DNA from: Malacoraja senta
Taxonomy: Eukaryota
Direction: 5' to 3'
Assembly: GCA_038087875.1 (NCBI GenBank)
Contig: JAXLNO010000338.1
Span: 124,001 to 188,000, forward strand
DNA: 64,000 nucleotides
The position numbers and the translations under genes were made by a program. The notes beneath the pieces were generated by a model, which was given only the letters and a program-made list of their open reading frames with translations, searched no databases and had not been told where the DNA came from. Positions 11,951-23,595 of the stretch are shown in pieces; within the stretch, counting starts at the first letter, position 1; every line of letters starts with the position of its first letter.

Positions 11951-12260
11951 AAATGTTAAATGCGACAAATGCATCGCGTTGGATTAACTTTGCACCCTCC
12001 CGCAAAATTAAATGCAGCAAATGCGTTGCATTCAAGTAATATTGCAACCCCCCCCCCAGGAAGTTCAATACATTATATCGCTTTGCACTAACCTTGCAAA
12101 ACCTCTCAAAAATGTTAAATGCAACAAATGCATCACATTGGAATAACTTTGCACCCTCCTGCAATGTTAAATGCAGCAAATGCGTTGCATTAGTGATATT
12201 GCAACAGCCCGGGATGTGAAATACATTAAATTCATTGCTATAACCTTGCAAAAGCCCTCA
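11951..12260. repeat. Diverged tandem duplication, period ~159 bp, rich in TGCA
   Basis: AAATGTTAAATGC.ACAAATGCATC at 11951 and 12110. Confidence 0.8.
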
Positions 12261-12269
12261 GATCTGAAA

Positions 12270-12420
12270 AGCAACGGTGACGTCATAGAGGGTCCGGTGG
12301 AGGCGGGACATCCGGCCCTCAGACTGATCGGACGTCCCGAATGGTGGAGGCAGACGTCGATCAACCGGGCGGTGGGGCGGGACTTGCAGATGGCCGGAAG
12401 CGGCAGGTGATTGGAGGAGA
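12270..12420. promoter_or_regulatory. CpG-rich promoter-like element
   Basis: CRE TGACGTCA at 12278-12285, GC box GGGGCGGG at ~12374, ETS CCGGAAG at ~12394 and ATTGG at ~12410, all within 150 bp. Confidence 0.45.
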
Positions 12421-12639
12421 GGGATGTCAGTCAGAGGGAGGGAGAAGGAAACCGCCCCCTTGTCTCTCTCTGGTCCGCGTTGCAGACAGGAGTGAGAGAG
12501 AGGGACAAGGAGAGAGAGAGAGGGAGGGGTGTGGGCTGGGGAGAGAGGGAGCGTAGGTGAGGGGAGGGACGGAGAGAGAGAGGGAGAAATGAAGAATTGA
12601 GTGAAAATTGAAGAATTTAGTGAAAGAGAGGGGGAAGGT

Positions 12640-12720
<81 letters not shown>

Positions 12721-13416
12721 AGAAAGAGAGAGGGAAAGGGAAAGATAGAGGGGAGAGAGAGAGAGGGAGAGGGAAAGCTAGAGGGCAGGGGAGGGGAGGG
12801 GGAGAGAGACAGAGAGAAAGAGGGGAGGGAGATAGATGGAGGGAAAGAGAGAGCGGGAGAGAGATGGAGGGTGAGAGATGGAGGAGTATGGGCTGCGGGA
12901 GGGAGGAGGGAAGGTGGGGCAGGGAGAGAGGGAAAGAGAAATTGAGTGGGAAAATTATTTGAATGAAAAATGAGGATTTGAGTGAGAGAGGGGGAAGGTG
13001 GGAGGGAGGGAAGGAGAGGTGGAGGAGGGAGGAGAGGGAGAGAATGGAGAGAGGGAGAGGGAAAGATAGAGGAGAGGATGTGGGAGAGAGAGGGTGGGAG
13101 AGAGGCGAGGAGAGGGGAGAGAGAGAGAGAGACAGAGAAAGAGAGAGGCAGAGGGAAAAATAGAGAGGAGAGGGGTGCATTTTAAAGGAATTGCAGTCTT
13201 CACGTTCGGAGCAGATTTGCAAGTTTGTCCCCAGCATCTGATGAAGGGTCTCGGTCCAAAACGTTGCCTATTTCCTTCGCTCCATAGATGCTGCCTCACC
13301 CGGCTGAGTTTCTCCAGCACTTTTGTCTAACACCTATTAAATTCAATCGTTAGTTAACTTCAGAGTGGTGGCGTTCGTGCGTGCGTGCGTGGAGGGCGTG
13401 CGTGTGTGTGGGCAAA

Positions 13417-13600
13417 CATACTCCAGGTGTGGTCTCACCAGGGCCCTGTACAACTGCAGAAGGACCTCTTTGCTCCTATACTCAACTCCTCTTGTTATGA
13501 AGGCCAACAGGCCAACACTGTACACAATACTCCAGGTGTGGTCTCACCAGGGCCATGTACAACTGCAGAAGGACCTCATTGCTCCAATACTCAACTCTTC
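13417..13600 (-). mobile_element. Two tandem short CR1 RT fragments
   Basis: ATACTCCAGGTGTGGTCTCACCAGGGCC..TACAACTGCAGAAGGACCTC occurs twice. Confidence 0.85.
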
Positions 13601-13691
13601 CTCTGTTTTCTTTAGTGGTCTTTCCAAATAAAATGAAACATCTTTTACACTTTGTGGACAACTCGATGTTTGAAATACGTTCTTCAAACAG

Positions 13692-13998
13692 TTTAGTCTA
13701 GTTTAGTTTAGAGATACAGCACGGAAACAGGCCCTTCGGCCCACCGAGTCCGTGCCGACCAGCGATCCCCGCACACTGACACTATCCAACACACACACAC
13801 TAGGGGACAATTTACAATCTTTACCAGAAGCCAATTAATCTACAAACCCGCACATCTTTGGAGTGTGGTAGGAATCCGTAGCGCCCTGAGAAATCCCACG
13901 CAGGTCACGGGGAGAGAACGTGTAAACTCCGCAGAGGCAGCACCCGTGGTCGGGATCGAACCGGGGTCTCTGGCGCCATGAGGCGGCAACTATACCGC
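13692..13998 (-). mobile_element. tRNA-derived SINE (HE1/V-SINE-like) with CR1-derived tail
   Basis: Minus-strand B box GGTTCGATCC, conserved body TAGATTAATTGGCT...AATTGTCCCCTAGTGTG, tail CTGTATCTCTAAACTAAAC. Confidence 0.85.
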
Positions 13999-14607
13999 TC
14001 TCCTTCCCTCTCTCCCTCCCTCCCTCTCTCTCTCTCTCTCCCTCTCCCTCTCTCTCACCCCCCCTCTCTCTCCCTCCTTCTCTCCCTCTCTCTCCCCCCC
14101 CTCCCTCTTTCTCTCCCCCTCTCCCTCCCTCTCTCTCTCAATCTCTCCAAAACGTCCTCAAATGTTTCTCAAAACTCTCCCAAACTTTCTCTCACACTCT
14201 CTCCCTCCCTCTTTCCCTCTCTCCATCCCTTCATCCTCCCCCCCCTCCTCCCTCTCTCCATCCCACCCTCAATGCCCCAAAAAACAAAAACAAAACACCC
14301 CGGAACCAACAGTCGACGTTTCGCCCTCCACCCGGACGTCTGAGACCCGCCGTCCCGCTTTGCCAGCGCCGGTGCGCCGCCCTAAAGCGTTCCCCTCCCT
14401 CCGGAAGCGCCTTTGTGGTCGAGAACAATGCCGGAGAAACTCAGCGGGTTCAGCAGCTTCTGTGGAGCGAAGGCAATAGGTAACGTTTCAGGCCGAAACC
14501 CTTCTTCTCACGCGAGGTTCGCCACTCAACTGGAAGTGGTGCGGGAATCCAGCTGCAAAAAAATAGCAGGTGAGGATAAAAGCTGCCATGCAGCGGGAGA
14601 GGCAGCA

Positions 14608-14944
14608 ATGCAGCCAGTGATGTATGCATTCCCTTTAATGCAGCCAGTGATGTATGCATTCCCTTTAATGCAGCCAGTGATGTATGCATTCCCTTTAATG
14701 CAGCCAGTGAGGTATGCATTCCCATTAACGCAGCCAGTGATGTATGCATCCCCTTTAACGCAGCCAGTGATGTATGCATCCCCTTTAACGCAGCCAGTGA
14801 TGTATGCATTCCCTTTAACGCAGCCAGTGATGTATGCATTCCCTTTAATGCAGCCAGTGATGTATGCATTCCCTTTAATGCAGCCAGTGATGTATGCATT
14901 CCCTTTAATGCAGCCAGTGATGTATGCATTCCCTTTAATGCAGC
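14608..14944. repeat. 30-bp minisatellite, ~11 near-perfect copies (ATGCAGCCAGTGATGTATGCATTCCCTTTA)
   Basis: Direct reading. Confidence 0.97.
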
Positions 14945-15178
14945 AGGGGAGCATGCACAGGCGCTTGCAGGCCGACCCCCCCTGCCAGCCCGCAGTTGGC
15001 ATTGTCTGAACCGGGTCTACGTTCGTCCAAATCCCCTCTATCACAGAGAGAGACAGAGACAGAGAGTGAGAGAGAGACAGAGAGAGAGAGAGAGACAGAG
15101 AGACAGAGAGAGAGAGAGACAGACAGAGAGATAGACAGAGAGAGACAGAGAGATAAACAGAGACAGACAGAGAGAGAC

Positions 15179-15209
<31 letters not shown>

Positions 15210-15284
15210 AATACAGAGAAAGATGCACACACACAGAGAGAGAGAGACAGAAAGACAGAGAGAAAGAGACAGAGAGACACAGTG

Positions 15285-15870
15285 ATACAGCGTGGAAACA
15301 GGCCCTTCGGCCCAACTTGCCACACTGACCTACATGCCCCATCTACACTAATCCCATCTGCTGCCCATATCCCTCCAAACCTGTCCTATCCATGTACCTG
15401 TCGAAGTGTTGTTATAGTCCCAGCCTCAACTACCTCCTCCGGCAGCTCGTTCCATAACACACCACCCTCTGTGTGGAAAAGTTGCCCCTCAGATTCCTAT
15501 TCAATTTTTCCCCACCCCCGCGTCTCTCACCTTAAACCTGTGTCATCGGGTCCTCGATTCCCCTACTCTGGGCAAGAGACTTTGTGCGTCTCCCCGATCT
15601 ATTCCTCTGGTGATTTTGTACACCTCTATATGATCATCCCTGATCCTCCTGCGCTCCAAGGAATAGAGTCCCAGCCTGCCCCCACCTCTCCCTGTAGCTC
15701 AGACCCCTCAAGTCCCGGCAACATCCTCGTAAATCTTCTCCGCGCCCTTTCCAAGCTCGACGACATCTTTCCTGTAATATGGTGCCCAGAACTGAACGCA
15801 ATACTCTAAATGCAGCCGCACCAAAGTCTTGTACAACCGCAACGTGACCTCCCGACTTCTAGACTCAATA
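15285..15870 (-). mobile_element. Decayed CR1 3' fragment
   Basis: Reverse complement matches the CR1 ORF2 C-terminus and 3' UTR seen elsewhere in this window. Confidence 0.8.
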
Positions 15871-16027
15871 CAGAGAGACAGAGGCAGTGTGTGTGTGTGC
15901 TGGAGTAACTCAGCGGGTCAGGCAGCATCTGTGGAGAATATAGACACAAAGTGCTGGAGTAATTCATCGGGTCAGGCAGCATTTGTGGAGAGAATGAATG
16001 GGGGACATTTTGGGTCGAGGCCCTTTG

Positions 16028-16335
16028 GTTTAGTTTAGAGATGCAGCGCGGAAATAGGTCTTTCGGCCCATGGACTCCGCGCCGACCAGCGATCATCCCG
16101 TACACTAGCACTATCCTACGCACATTAGGGACAATTTAATAGTTTTGCGGAGGCCGATAAATTTACAACCCTGAACGTCTTTGAAATGTTGGAGGAAACT
16201 GGAACACCCGGAGTAAAAACCCATGCAGGTCAAGGGGAGAACGTACAAACTCCGCACAGACAGCACCTGTAGTCAGGATCGTACCCGGGTCTCTGGCGGT
16301 GAGGCAGCATCTGTACCGATGCGCCCCCGTGCCGC
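16028..16335 (-). mobile_element. HE1/V-SINE-like SINE
   Basis: Same body as 13692-13998. Confidence 0.8.
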
Positions 16336-16376
16336 GTAGGATTATATAACGATTTCCCCCGCCATAAACGCACCCA

Positions 16377-16960
16377 TATTTGGGGTAATGGAAGATGGGA
16401 ATAAACTGAATCCATCTCAAAAATTATTTTTTAATTATGGTTTAATAATAGCAAAAAGATTAATACTTAAATTTTGGAAAAATACACCAATACCAACGCT
16501 CAAAATGTGGATTGCAAGTATGTTGGACACCGCACATCTTGAGGAAATGCGATTCCTCCTAATAGATAAATGTGATCAATTCACAACGAGTTGGTCTCCA
16601 TTTGTCGTCTTTTTGGAATCATATGGTGCAACACAATTGTAAAAGCTAACTCGTGACTGGGCATGGGATGGTCAAGATTATAAATAAGATCTCCTTACTT
16701 CTTTTTTCTTTTTCGTCCCTTTTCTTCTTTTATTCTCTTTTTCCTATTTTCTATTCTTTAACTTTCTTCTTTCACTTTCTACTTTTCTTTTCCACACACT
16801 ATATATCTCACATTTTTCTATACTTCATTATCTAACTTCTTTTTATTTTTCTTTATTATTAAAAAAAATAAGAAGCTGTACATAAAATGTATTATGAAAA
16901 TATGATTGTATACAATTGTACTTCTAATAAAATAAAAATATTTTAAAAATAAATAAATAA
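16377..16960 (+). mobile_element. L1-group LINE 3' fragment
   Basis: ORF2 C-terminus LIIAKRLILKFWKN..P...W...FTTSWSPF, T-rich 3' UTR, AATAAA and A-rich tail; 13-bp TSD ATAAACGCACCCA at 16364 and 16961. Confidence 0.85.
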
Positions 16961-17164
16961 ATAAACGCACCCAATATGTGCTAGTAATGTCCTGTTTCCC
17001 AGCTTGTTGACCCTCTGTGTTCCCCTCCTGCAGGGTTTAGGAGCCGTTGCTGTGGACGGAGAGACGGGGACGTGAGCGGCCATTAACGGTGGCCAGGGTG
17101 ACTGTGAGCCGCCCCCCCCCCATCTGCTCGGTGTGCGGGCTGAGCTTCGAGGGGCTGTGCTTCG

Positions 17165-18361
17165 ATGGAGGACCACATGACGGGGCACAACAAGGTTAAG
17201 CGTTCTGAGTGCGACGTGTGTGGCAAGACCTGGCAGAAGCCGAGCCGGCTGGAGGCCCACCGGCGGGTGCACACGGGAGAACGCCCCTTCGAGTGCGGCA
17301 AGAGCTTCACTCGCTACGACATCCTGCTGCGGCACAATCGCGTGCACAGGCTCGTGCACACCAGGGAGCGGCTCTACACCTGCGGCCAGTGCGGCAAGGG
17401 CTTCACCTGCTCCAGCAACTTGCTGAGGCACCAGCGCACTCACACCGGGGAGCGGCCCTACACCTGCGCCCTGTGCGGCAAGGGCTTCATCCAGTCCACT
17501 CACCTGCTGGTGCACCAGCGCTCCCACACTGGCGAGCGCCCCTACACCTGCGCCCAGTGCAGCATGAGCTTCACCCAGTCCAGCTACCTGTTGTTGCACC
17601 AGCACACCCACAACGGCGAGCGCCCCTACACCTCTGCCCAGTGCGGCAAGGGCTTCACTCAGTCCAGCAACCTGCTGAAGCACCAGCGCATCCACACCGG
17701 CGAGCGCCCCTACACCTGCAGAGACTGCGGCCAGGGCTTCACCTGGTCCAGTGACCTGCGGGTGCACCAGCGCACCCACACCGGCGAGCGCCCCAACACC
17801 TGCACGCAGTGCGGCAAGGGCTTCACCCGGTCCAGTCACCGGCTGGAGCACCAGCGCACCCACACCAGCGAGCGCCCATACACCTGCGCGCAGTGCGGAA
17901 AGGGCTTCACCCGATCCAGTCACATGCTGGAGCACCAGCGCACCCACACCGGCGAGCGCCTCTACACCTGCGCCCAGTGCGGCAAGGGCTTCACCCGCTC
18001 CAGCAACCTGCTGAACCACCAGCGCATCCACACCGGTGAGAGCCCCTACACCTGTGCCCAGTGCGGCAAGGGCTTCACCCACTCCTCCAAGCTACAGTCC
18101 CACCAAGAGGTGCACGCCGGCGACCGTCCCGTCCCCAGCCCGGTGTGTGGAGAGCACTTTGCTATGGCCTCCCACGCCCTGATTCACCAGCGGGTGCACA
18201 CCAGTGGCCAGCCCTATGACTGCCCGTACTGCGGTGAGGCGTTTGACAGCTCGCGGGGGTTGCGGCAGCACCGGCGGGCCCACGGCCGGCGAGCAGCAGC
18301 TCCCACAGTAACAAAAGAGCATGGGGGCTGCGGGAGCACCAGCGGCTACACACCGGAATGA
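17165..18361 (+). CDS. Tandem C2H2 zinc-finger protein, no KRAB seen (~13 finger units, ~10 intact); possible C-terminal frameshift
   Basis: 398-aa ORF of repeated YTCxxCGKGF...HQRTHTGERP units; pyrimidine tract plus CAG acceptor ending at 17033. Confidence 0.88.
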   Translation: MEDHMTGHNKVKRSECDVCGKTWQKPSRLEAHRRVHTGERPFECGKSFTRYDILLRHNRVHRLVHTRERLYTCGQCGKGFTCSSNLLRHQRTHTGERPYTCALCGKGFIQSTHLLVHQRSHTGERPYTCAQCSMSFTQSSYLLLHQHTHNGERPYTSAQCGKGFTQSSNLLKHQRIHTGERPYTCRDCGQGFTWSSDLRVHQRTHTGERPNTCTQCGKGFTRSSHRLEHQRTHTSERPYTCAQCGKGFTRSSHMLEHQRTHTGERLYTCAQCGKGFTRSSNLLNHQRIHTGESPYTCAQCGKGFTHSSKLQSHQEVHAGDRPVPSPVCGEHFAMASHALIHQRVHTSGQPYDCPYCGEAFDSSRGLRQHRRAHGRRAAAPTVTKEHGGCGSTSGYTPE

Positions 18362-18608
18362 GCCCCTTTGTGTGCGCTGAGTGTTCAATGGTTTCAACCG
18401 CATGTCCAGCCTGTGGCAGCACCGGCATACTTACAGCGTTGAGCGTCCATTCGCCTACCCATCCTATGGTAAGGGCTTCACCCGCCTTGACCACCTGCTG
18501 CAGCACCGTCGAGTCCACACCGCCGAGTGCCCCTTCACCTGCCCGCTCCGTGGCAAGGCCTTTGCCCGCTCCTCCAGCCTGCTGGCACACCGCCACGTGG
18601 ATAGATAG
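18320..18608 (+). pseudogene. 3-4 decayed, frameshifted C2H2 fingers after the ZNF ORF
   Basis: HQRLHTG.SPFVCAEC, GKGFTRLDHLLQHRRVHTAECPFTCP and GKAFARSSSLLAHRH in shifting frames. Confidence 0.8.
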
Positions 18609-19114
18609 GTGCTGTTGAGGTAGACACAAAATGCTGGAAGGAATGGGTAAAGTTTCAGGTCGTTTCAGTCACCCATTCCTTCTCTCCAGAGATGCTGCCT
18701 GTCCCGCAGAGTTACTCCAGTACATTGTGTCTTTTTTGTAAACCAGCATCTGCAGTTCCTTGTTTTTAAACCATTCTGGTTAACCATCTCTGCGCCTTCC
18801 CCAAAGCAGTCCTGTAATGGAGTGACCAGAACTGTAGGCAATACTCCAAATGCTATCTGACCAATGTCCCTTTAAGCTGCACGTATACATTCCTCTCTCC
18901 CCACTCTCTCCACCCACTCGCATACAAATTCTCTCCAGTCTCGTGCCCCCCTCTCTCACACACTCCCTCTTGCGCTCCCTGTCTCTCTCACACACTCTCT
19001 CTCGCTCCCTGTCTCTCTCACCCACACTCTCTGTCCCCCTCTCTCTCTCTCTCACGCACACATACACTCCCTCTCTCTAACACACACACTCCCTCTCTCT
19101 TGTTCTCTCTCATA

Positions 19115-20075
19115 TAGATAGATGTGAGGTTATCCTCTTTGGTGGCAAAAACAAGGGGGCAGATTATTATCTCGATGGGGTTAGGTTAGGTAAGGGGGAG
19201 GTGCAGCAAGACCTGGGTGTCCTTGTACACCGGTCACTGAAAGTTGGCGTGCAGTTACAGCAGGTAGTGAAGAAGGCTAATGGAATGTTGGCCTTCACAA
19301 CAAGAGGATTTCAGTATAGGAGTAGAGAGGTTCTTCTGCAGTTGTATAGGGCTCTGGAAAGTCCACATCTGGAGTATTGCGTACAGTTTTGGTCTCCTAA
19401 TTTGAGGAAGGACATTTTTGTGATTGAGGCAGTGCAGCGTAGGTTCACGAGATTGATCACTGGGATTGCGGGACTGTCATATGAGGAAAGATTGAAAAGA
19501 CTAGGCTTGTATTCACGAGTTCAGAAGGATGAGGGGGGTGGAAGACTGCAACCTTCACGTGGTCCGCACTGTTTCGACTAATGCAATCAACTCAACGTGC
19601 ACAAACGGAAGATCAAATAGAACAAGTTGTCCAACAACTTTAGGCTGTGCACGCCACACGAAAGAAGAAGAAGTAGGATGAGGGGGAAACTTATAGAAAC
19701 GTATAAAATTATAAAAGGACTGGACAAGCTAGATGCAGGAAAAATGTTCCCAATGTTGGGCGAGTCCAGAACCACGGGCCACAGTCTCAGAATAAAGGGG
19801 AGGCCATTTAAGACTGAGGTGAGAAAAAACGTTTTCACCCAGACAGTTGTGAATTTGTGGAATTCCCTGCCACAGAGGGGACTGGAGGCCAAATCACTGG
19901 ATGGATTTAAGAGATAGTTAGATAGAGCTCTAGGGGCTAGTGGAATCAAGGGATATGGGGAGAAGGCAGGCACGGGTTATTGATTGGGGACGATCAGCCA
20001 TGATCACAATGAATGGCAGTGCTGGCCAGAAGTGCCGAATGGCCTCCTCCTGCACCTATTTTATTTTTTTCTATG
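19115..20075 (+). mobile_element. CR1 3' fragment with a nested short insertion
   Basis: ORFs 19201 and 19627 carry CR1 C-terminal motifs; 3' UTR present. Confidence 0.9.
19538..19674 (+). mobile_element. Short retroposed insert with (GAA)n tail
   Basis: 12-bp TSD AGGATGAGGGGG at 19526-19537 and 19675-19686. Confidence 0.8.
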
Positions 20076-20467
20076 TTATCCACACACACCCTCTCTCTGT
20101 CCCTCTGTCTCACATGCACACACACACACTCCCTCTCTTGTTCTCTCTCACACACTCCCTCTCTCTCCAACACACACACACCCTCTTTCTCTCACACGCA
20201 CTTCCTCTCACACAAGCACCCCTCTCTTGCTGTCTCTCACACAACCTCTCCCTTGCGCTCGCGCTCGCGCACACTCTCTCTCTCTTGCTCTCTCTCACAC
20301 ACTCCCTCTCGCACACACACTCCCTCTATCTTGCTGTCTCACACACTCACTCCCGCTCTCTCTCTCACACACACAGTCCCTTTCTCACACACACAACACT
20401 CCCCCTTCTCTCACAGTCCCTCTCTCACTCTCTCTCACACACACTCTCTCACACTCTCACGCACACA

Positions 20468-21735
20468 CGCCGAACACCTCCGCTCGGTTCGCAATAACCA
20501 ACCTGAGCTCTCGGTGGCTCAGCACTTCAACTCCCCCTCCCATTCCGAATCCGACCTTTCTGTCCTGTGCCTCCTCCATGGCCAGAATGAGGACCACTGT
20601 AAATTGGAGGAGCAGCACCTCATATTTCGCTGGTGCAGTTTGCATCCCAGCGGTATGAACATTGACTTCTCTAATTTCAGGTAGTCCCTACTTTACAAAG
20701 GTACAAAGGACATTTATTACCACATACACCAATTGGTGTAGTGAAATTTAACTTGCCATCTCAGCACATAAATAAAGATAAGACACAGCATCAAAGAATT
20801 TAACAGTAAACATAAAAACATCCCCCCACAATGGTTCCCACTGTGGGGGAAGGCAGCAAAGTCCAGTCCCATCCCCAGTTCACCCATAGTCGGGCCTATT
20901 GATGCCTCTGCAGTCGCCGCTACGGCAGCACGATGCTTCTGGCCCTCTCGACGGATGATGGCGTTCTGGCGTCGGGTGAACACTCTCAGCGGCCCAGAGT
21001 GTCTGAAGCGGCCGCTTCCTTCCCGAAGTCCACGAGCCGTGCTGGTCGGAGCTCCGACCCTGGCGACCTCGTCGTGAGATCCCCGGCTCCACGGTGTTTA
21101 AAGTTCAGCGCCGCCCGCGGCGGGAGCTCCACAGACTGCAGACCACAGGCCGCAGCTCCGCGATGTTGCTGCCGGCTGTCACAGCTCTCCGGAGCTTACT
21201 GCACGGTGACCTGGGTTAGGCATCGCCCGCTCCGCGATGGTGCTTCAGCGCTGTGCCGCCGCCGAAGCTGAAGTCCTGGCCGGTCCCGGCAGAAAACGCC
21301 GCTCCATTCTGCCCGTAGGCCGCGAGGAAGGAGCGAAAACACGGCTCGGAGAAAAGCCGCAACTCCGACCAGGTAGGTACTGAGAAGAATAGCTTCCCAC
21401 ATCCCCCAAATCTCACCCCCCACATAAAAAGATTGAAAGACCTCCAAACCAAACACTTTTAACTAACTAAAAAATAAAAAAGAGTGAAAAGGTTAACAGC
21501 TGCTGGCAGGGCAGCCATATTCGACGGCGCCCTCCTTCCCTTCTCAGCTCTCCCTCAGACCTCTGGCTCCACATCTTCCTTTCTTCTTCCCGCACTCCCC
21601 CACCCACCCCCGTCTAATTAGTCTGAAGAAGGGTTTCGACCTGAAACGTTGCCTATTTCTTTCGCCCCATAGATGCTCCCTCACCTGCTGAGTTTCTCCA
21701 GCATTTTGACTACAGCATCTGCTGTTCTTTCTTCG
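20468..21735 (+). mobile_element. Penelope-like 3' fragment (20468-20692 and ~21530-21735) with hammerhead motif, split by a GC-rich insertion
   Basis: EHLRSVRNNQPELSVAQHFNSPSH...GMNIDFSNFR; terminal module with CTGAAGA...GAAAC at 21623-21647. Confidence 0.85.
20693..21530 (-). mobile_element. GC-rich non-autonomous retroelement, copy A (Rex1-like tail)
   Basis: Interrupts the PLE; body similar to 32741-33705; minus-strand tail ...TACACCAATTGGTGTATGTGGTAATAAA followed by (CCTTTGTA)2. Confidence 0.7.
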
Positions 21736-22065
21736 GCATTTTAAAGTGTTTTTTAAAGAAAGTTTTGGCGCATTTGTGCTTTACGTAACAAATAAAGCAA
21801 GTTTATCCTGACCTCACTGTGAAAGAGTTTAATTTGGTCAGGTTTGGTTCGTAAATTAAAAATGGAGATTTGCTGAAAAACAGAAAGCAGTCAAATTTAA
21901 AAGATAATTTTCCCAGCAGAATAATGTCTGGGGAAATCTTAGAAGCTTGGTTTGTACTAATCATTGAAACAATGTATTGACAAAGTATTAACATAGAGAT
22001 GTATTGTCTAGGCACAGCACCATATTAGATATCTGTCTGAACTGCCTGTCCCAGCTAAGGACAAG

Positions 22066-22120
22066 GTAATAATAATAATAATAGATTTTATTTATATAGC
22101 GCTTTTCAGGACTCAAAAGG
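22066..22120 (-). mobile_element. L2-type 3' tail fragment
   Basis: Minus strand GAAAAGCGCTATATAAATAAAATCTATTATTATT; AAGGTA on both sides. Confidence 0.65.
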
Positions 22121-23469
22121 TAGTGGCTTTCATCCAAGTCTTACAAGCTTGTTTTAGTTCACAGACGGATGCCCATTCTGGAACCAAGATGGAAATCATT
22201 TGTAAACAAAATAGAGTTAGTTGTCCTTCCGGAATGGGCAGCTGTACTGAAGCTGTGCCAAGATTTGAGAATAAGGCTGACATTGCAAATATACGAGTCC
22301 AGTCTCCCTTGTTTCCCTTAGGTTACGGATCTTTCACTCAGATTTAGCTGTGTTTTATTGATAAGAAAATGTATAATTACTCTAACTTTCCTTTGTTCTT
22401 TGAGTGGAGCCCGAGAAGCACTGAGCAACGTGTGTGCTCTTTGTAGATCTCCCCACTCCCGTCTGGGAAATTGATAAAGATTGCTTTGGTTTACCTTTAA
22501 CAATTTTGTTGCTGTCTGCTTTCTTTAAGAGACGAATTTTGACAACTGTGTTCTTTGGAATTCTTCAGAATTCAGGTTGTACTATCAATAATGAAAGAAA
22601 ATGCCAACCATCCAGAAATGATAAGAAATTATTCTCGCCTCCATGCATATCTGTAGCCGTAGGGCAGTCGGACACCTCCCCACTACTTCAAAGATAGTTC
22701 CTGCACTTGGCAATATCGTTTGGCCGCTGTTGTGTTTTATTTATTTCATGGATTTGATTAGATTAGGAAATGTTTCCTTTCCTACAAGGGTCTTTCCTCT
22801 GAGGAGTTTCTATAGCAACATGCCCACTCTTGTCTTTATGAAGAGACTGACGATTTGTACTGCAAGGTATGATGGACAAATAATGGATTAGCTGTACAAA
22901 AGAAAGTCTTGACGCATTTGTGCCTTACGTAACAAATAAAGCAAGTTTTTCCTGACCTCACTGCGTTCTCCGGAATTCTTCAGAGTTCAGGTTGTACTAT
23001 CAGTAATGAAAGAAAATGCCAACCATCTCCAGAAATGATAAGAAATTATTCTCGCCTCCATGCATATCTGTATCCGTAGGGCAGTCGGACACCTCCCCAC
23101 TACTTCCAAGATAGTTCCTGCACTTGACAATATCGTTTAGTGTTTGGCGGCTGAAACGCGACGGCGAGGATACAGAGAGCCCGCCACCCGGGTTAATCAC
23201 CCCATGTGGGGGTCCGGGGGGGGGGCGGTGATTCACCCCGGTGTGTGGGTCGGGGGGTGAATCACCCTGGTAGGGGGTTCGTGGTGCCGGTGCAGCGTGG
23301 TCAGTGACTGGGTGGGTGGAGGGACCAGACTGTCCCCAACTCTGCCGCAGCTGACAGGGACGTTACCGGGTTATGGCCGCATGTGTCCGCTGCCCAGAGC
23401 CGCGGCCCATCTCCACCCGGCCCCGTGTGTGAGTGCGCTGCCGACCCCCAGCCTGTGACAGTGCGGTGG

Positions 23470-23595
23470 GAGCCAGCTTGGGAGAGTAAGGGATGGGACG
23501 TAGCCAGCTTGTGGGGAGTAAGGGATGGGAGGTAGCCAGCTTGGGGGAGTAAGGGAAATGGGAGGTAGCCAGCTTGGGGGAGTAAGGGATGGGGG
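23470..23595. repeat. ~31-33-bp tandem repeat x4 in a GC-rich island (23140-23600)
   Basis: AGCCAGCTTGGGGGAGTAAGGGATGGGAGGT units. Confidence 0.85.

Noticed and set aside
13900..13998. tRNA gene
   Set aside because: The B box belongs to a SINE head; no complete cloverleaf is evident.
14413..15009. Repetitive ORFs (MQPVMYAFPL)n and their antisense equivalents
   Set aside because: A by-product of a 30-bp minisatellite that lacks stops in several frames.
16943..18082. 379-aa Ala/Gly/Val-rich minus-strand ORF
   Set aside because: Antisense shadow of the GC-rich C2H2 array.
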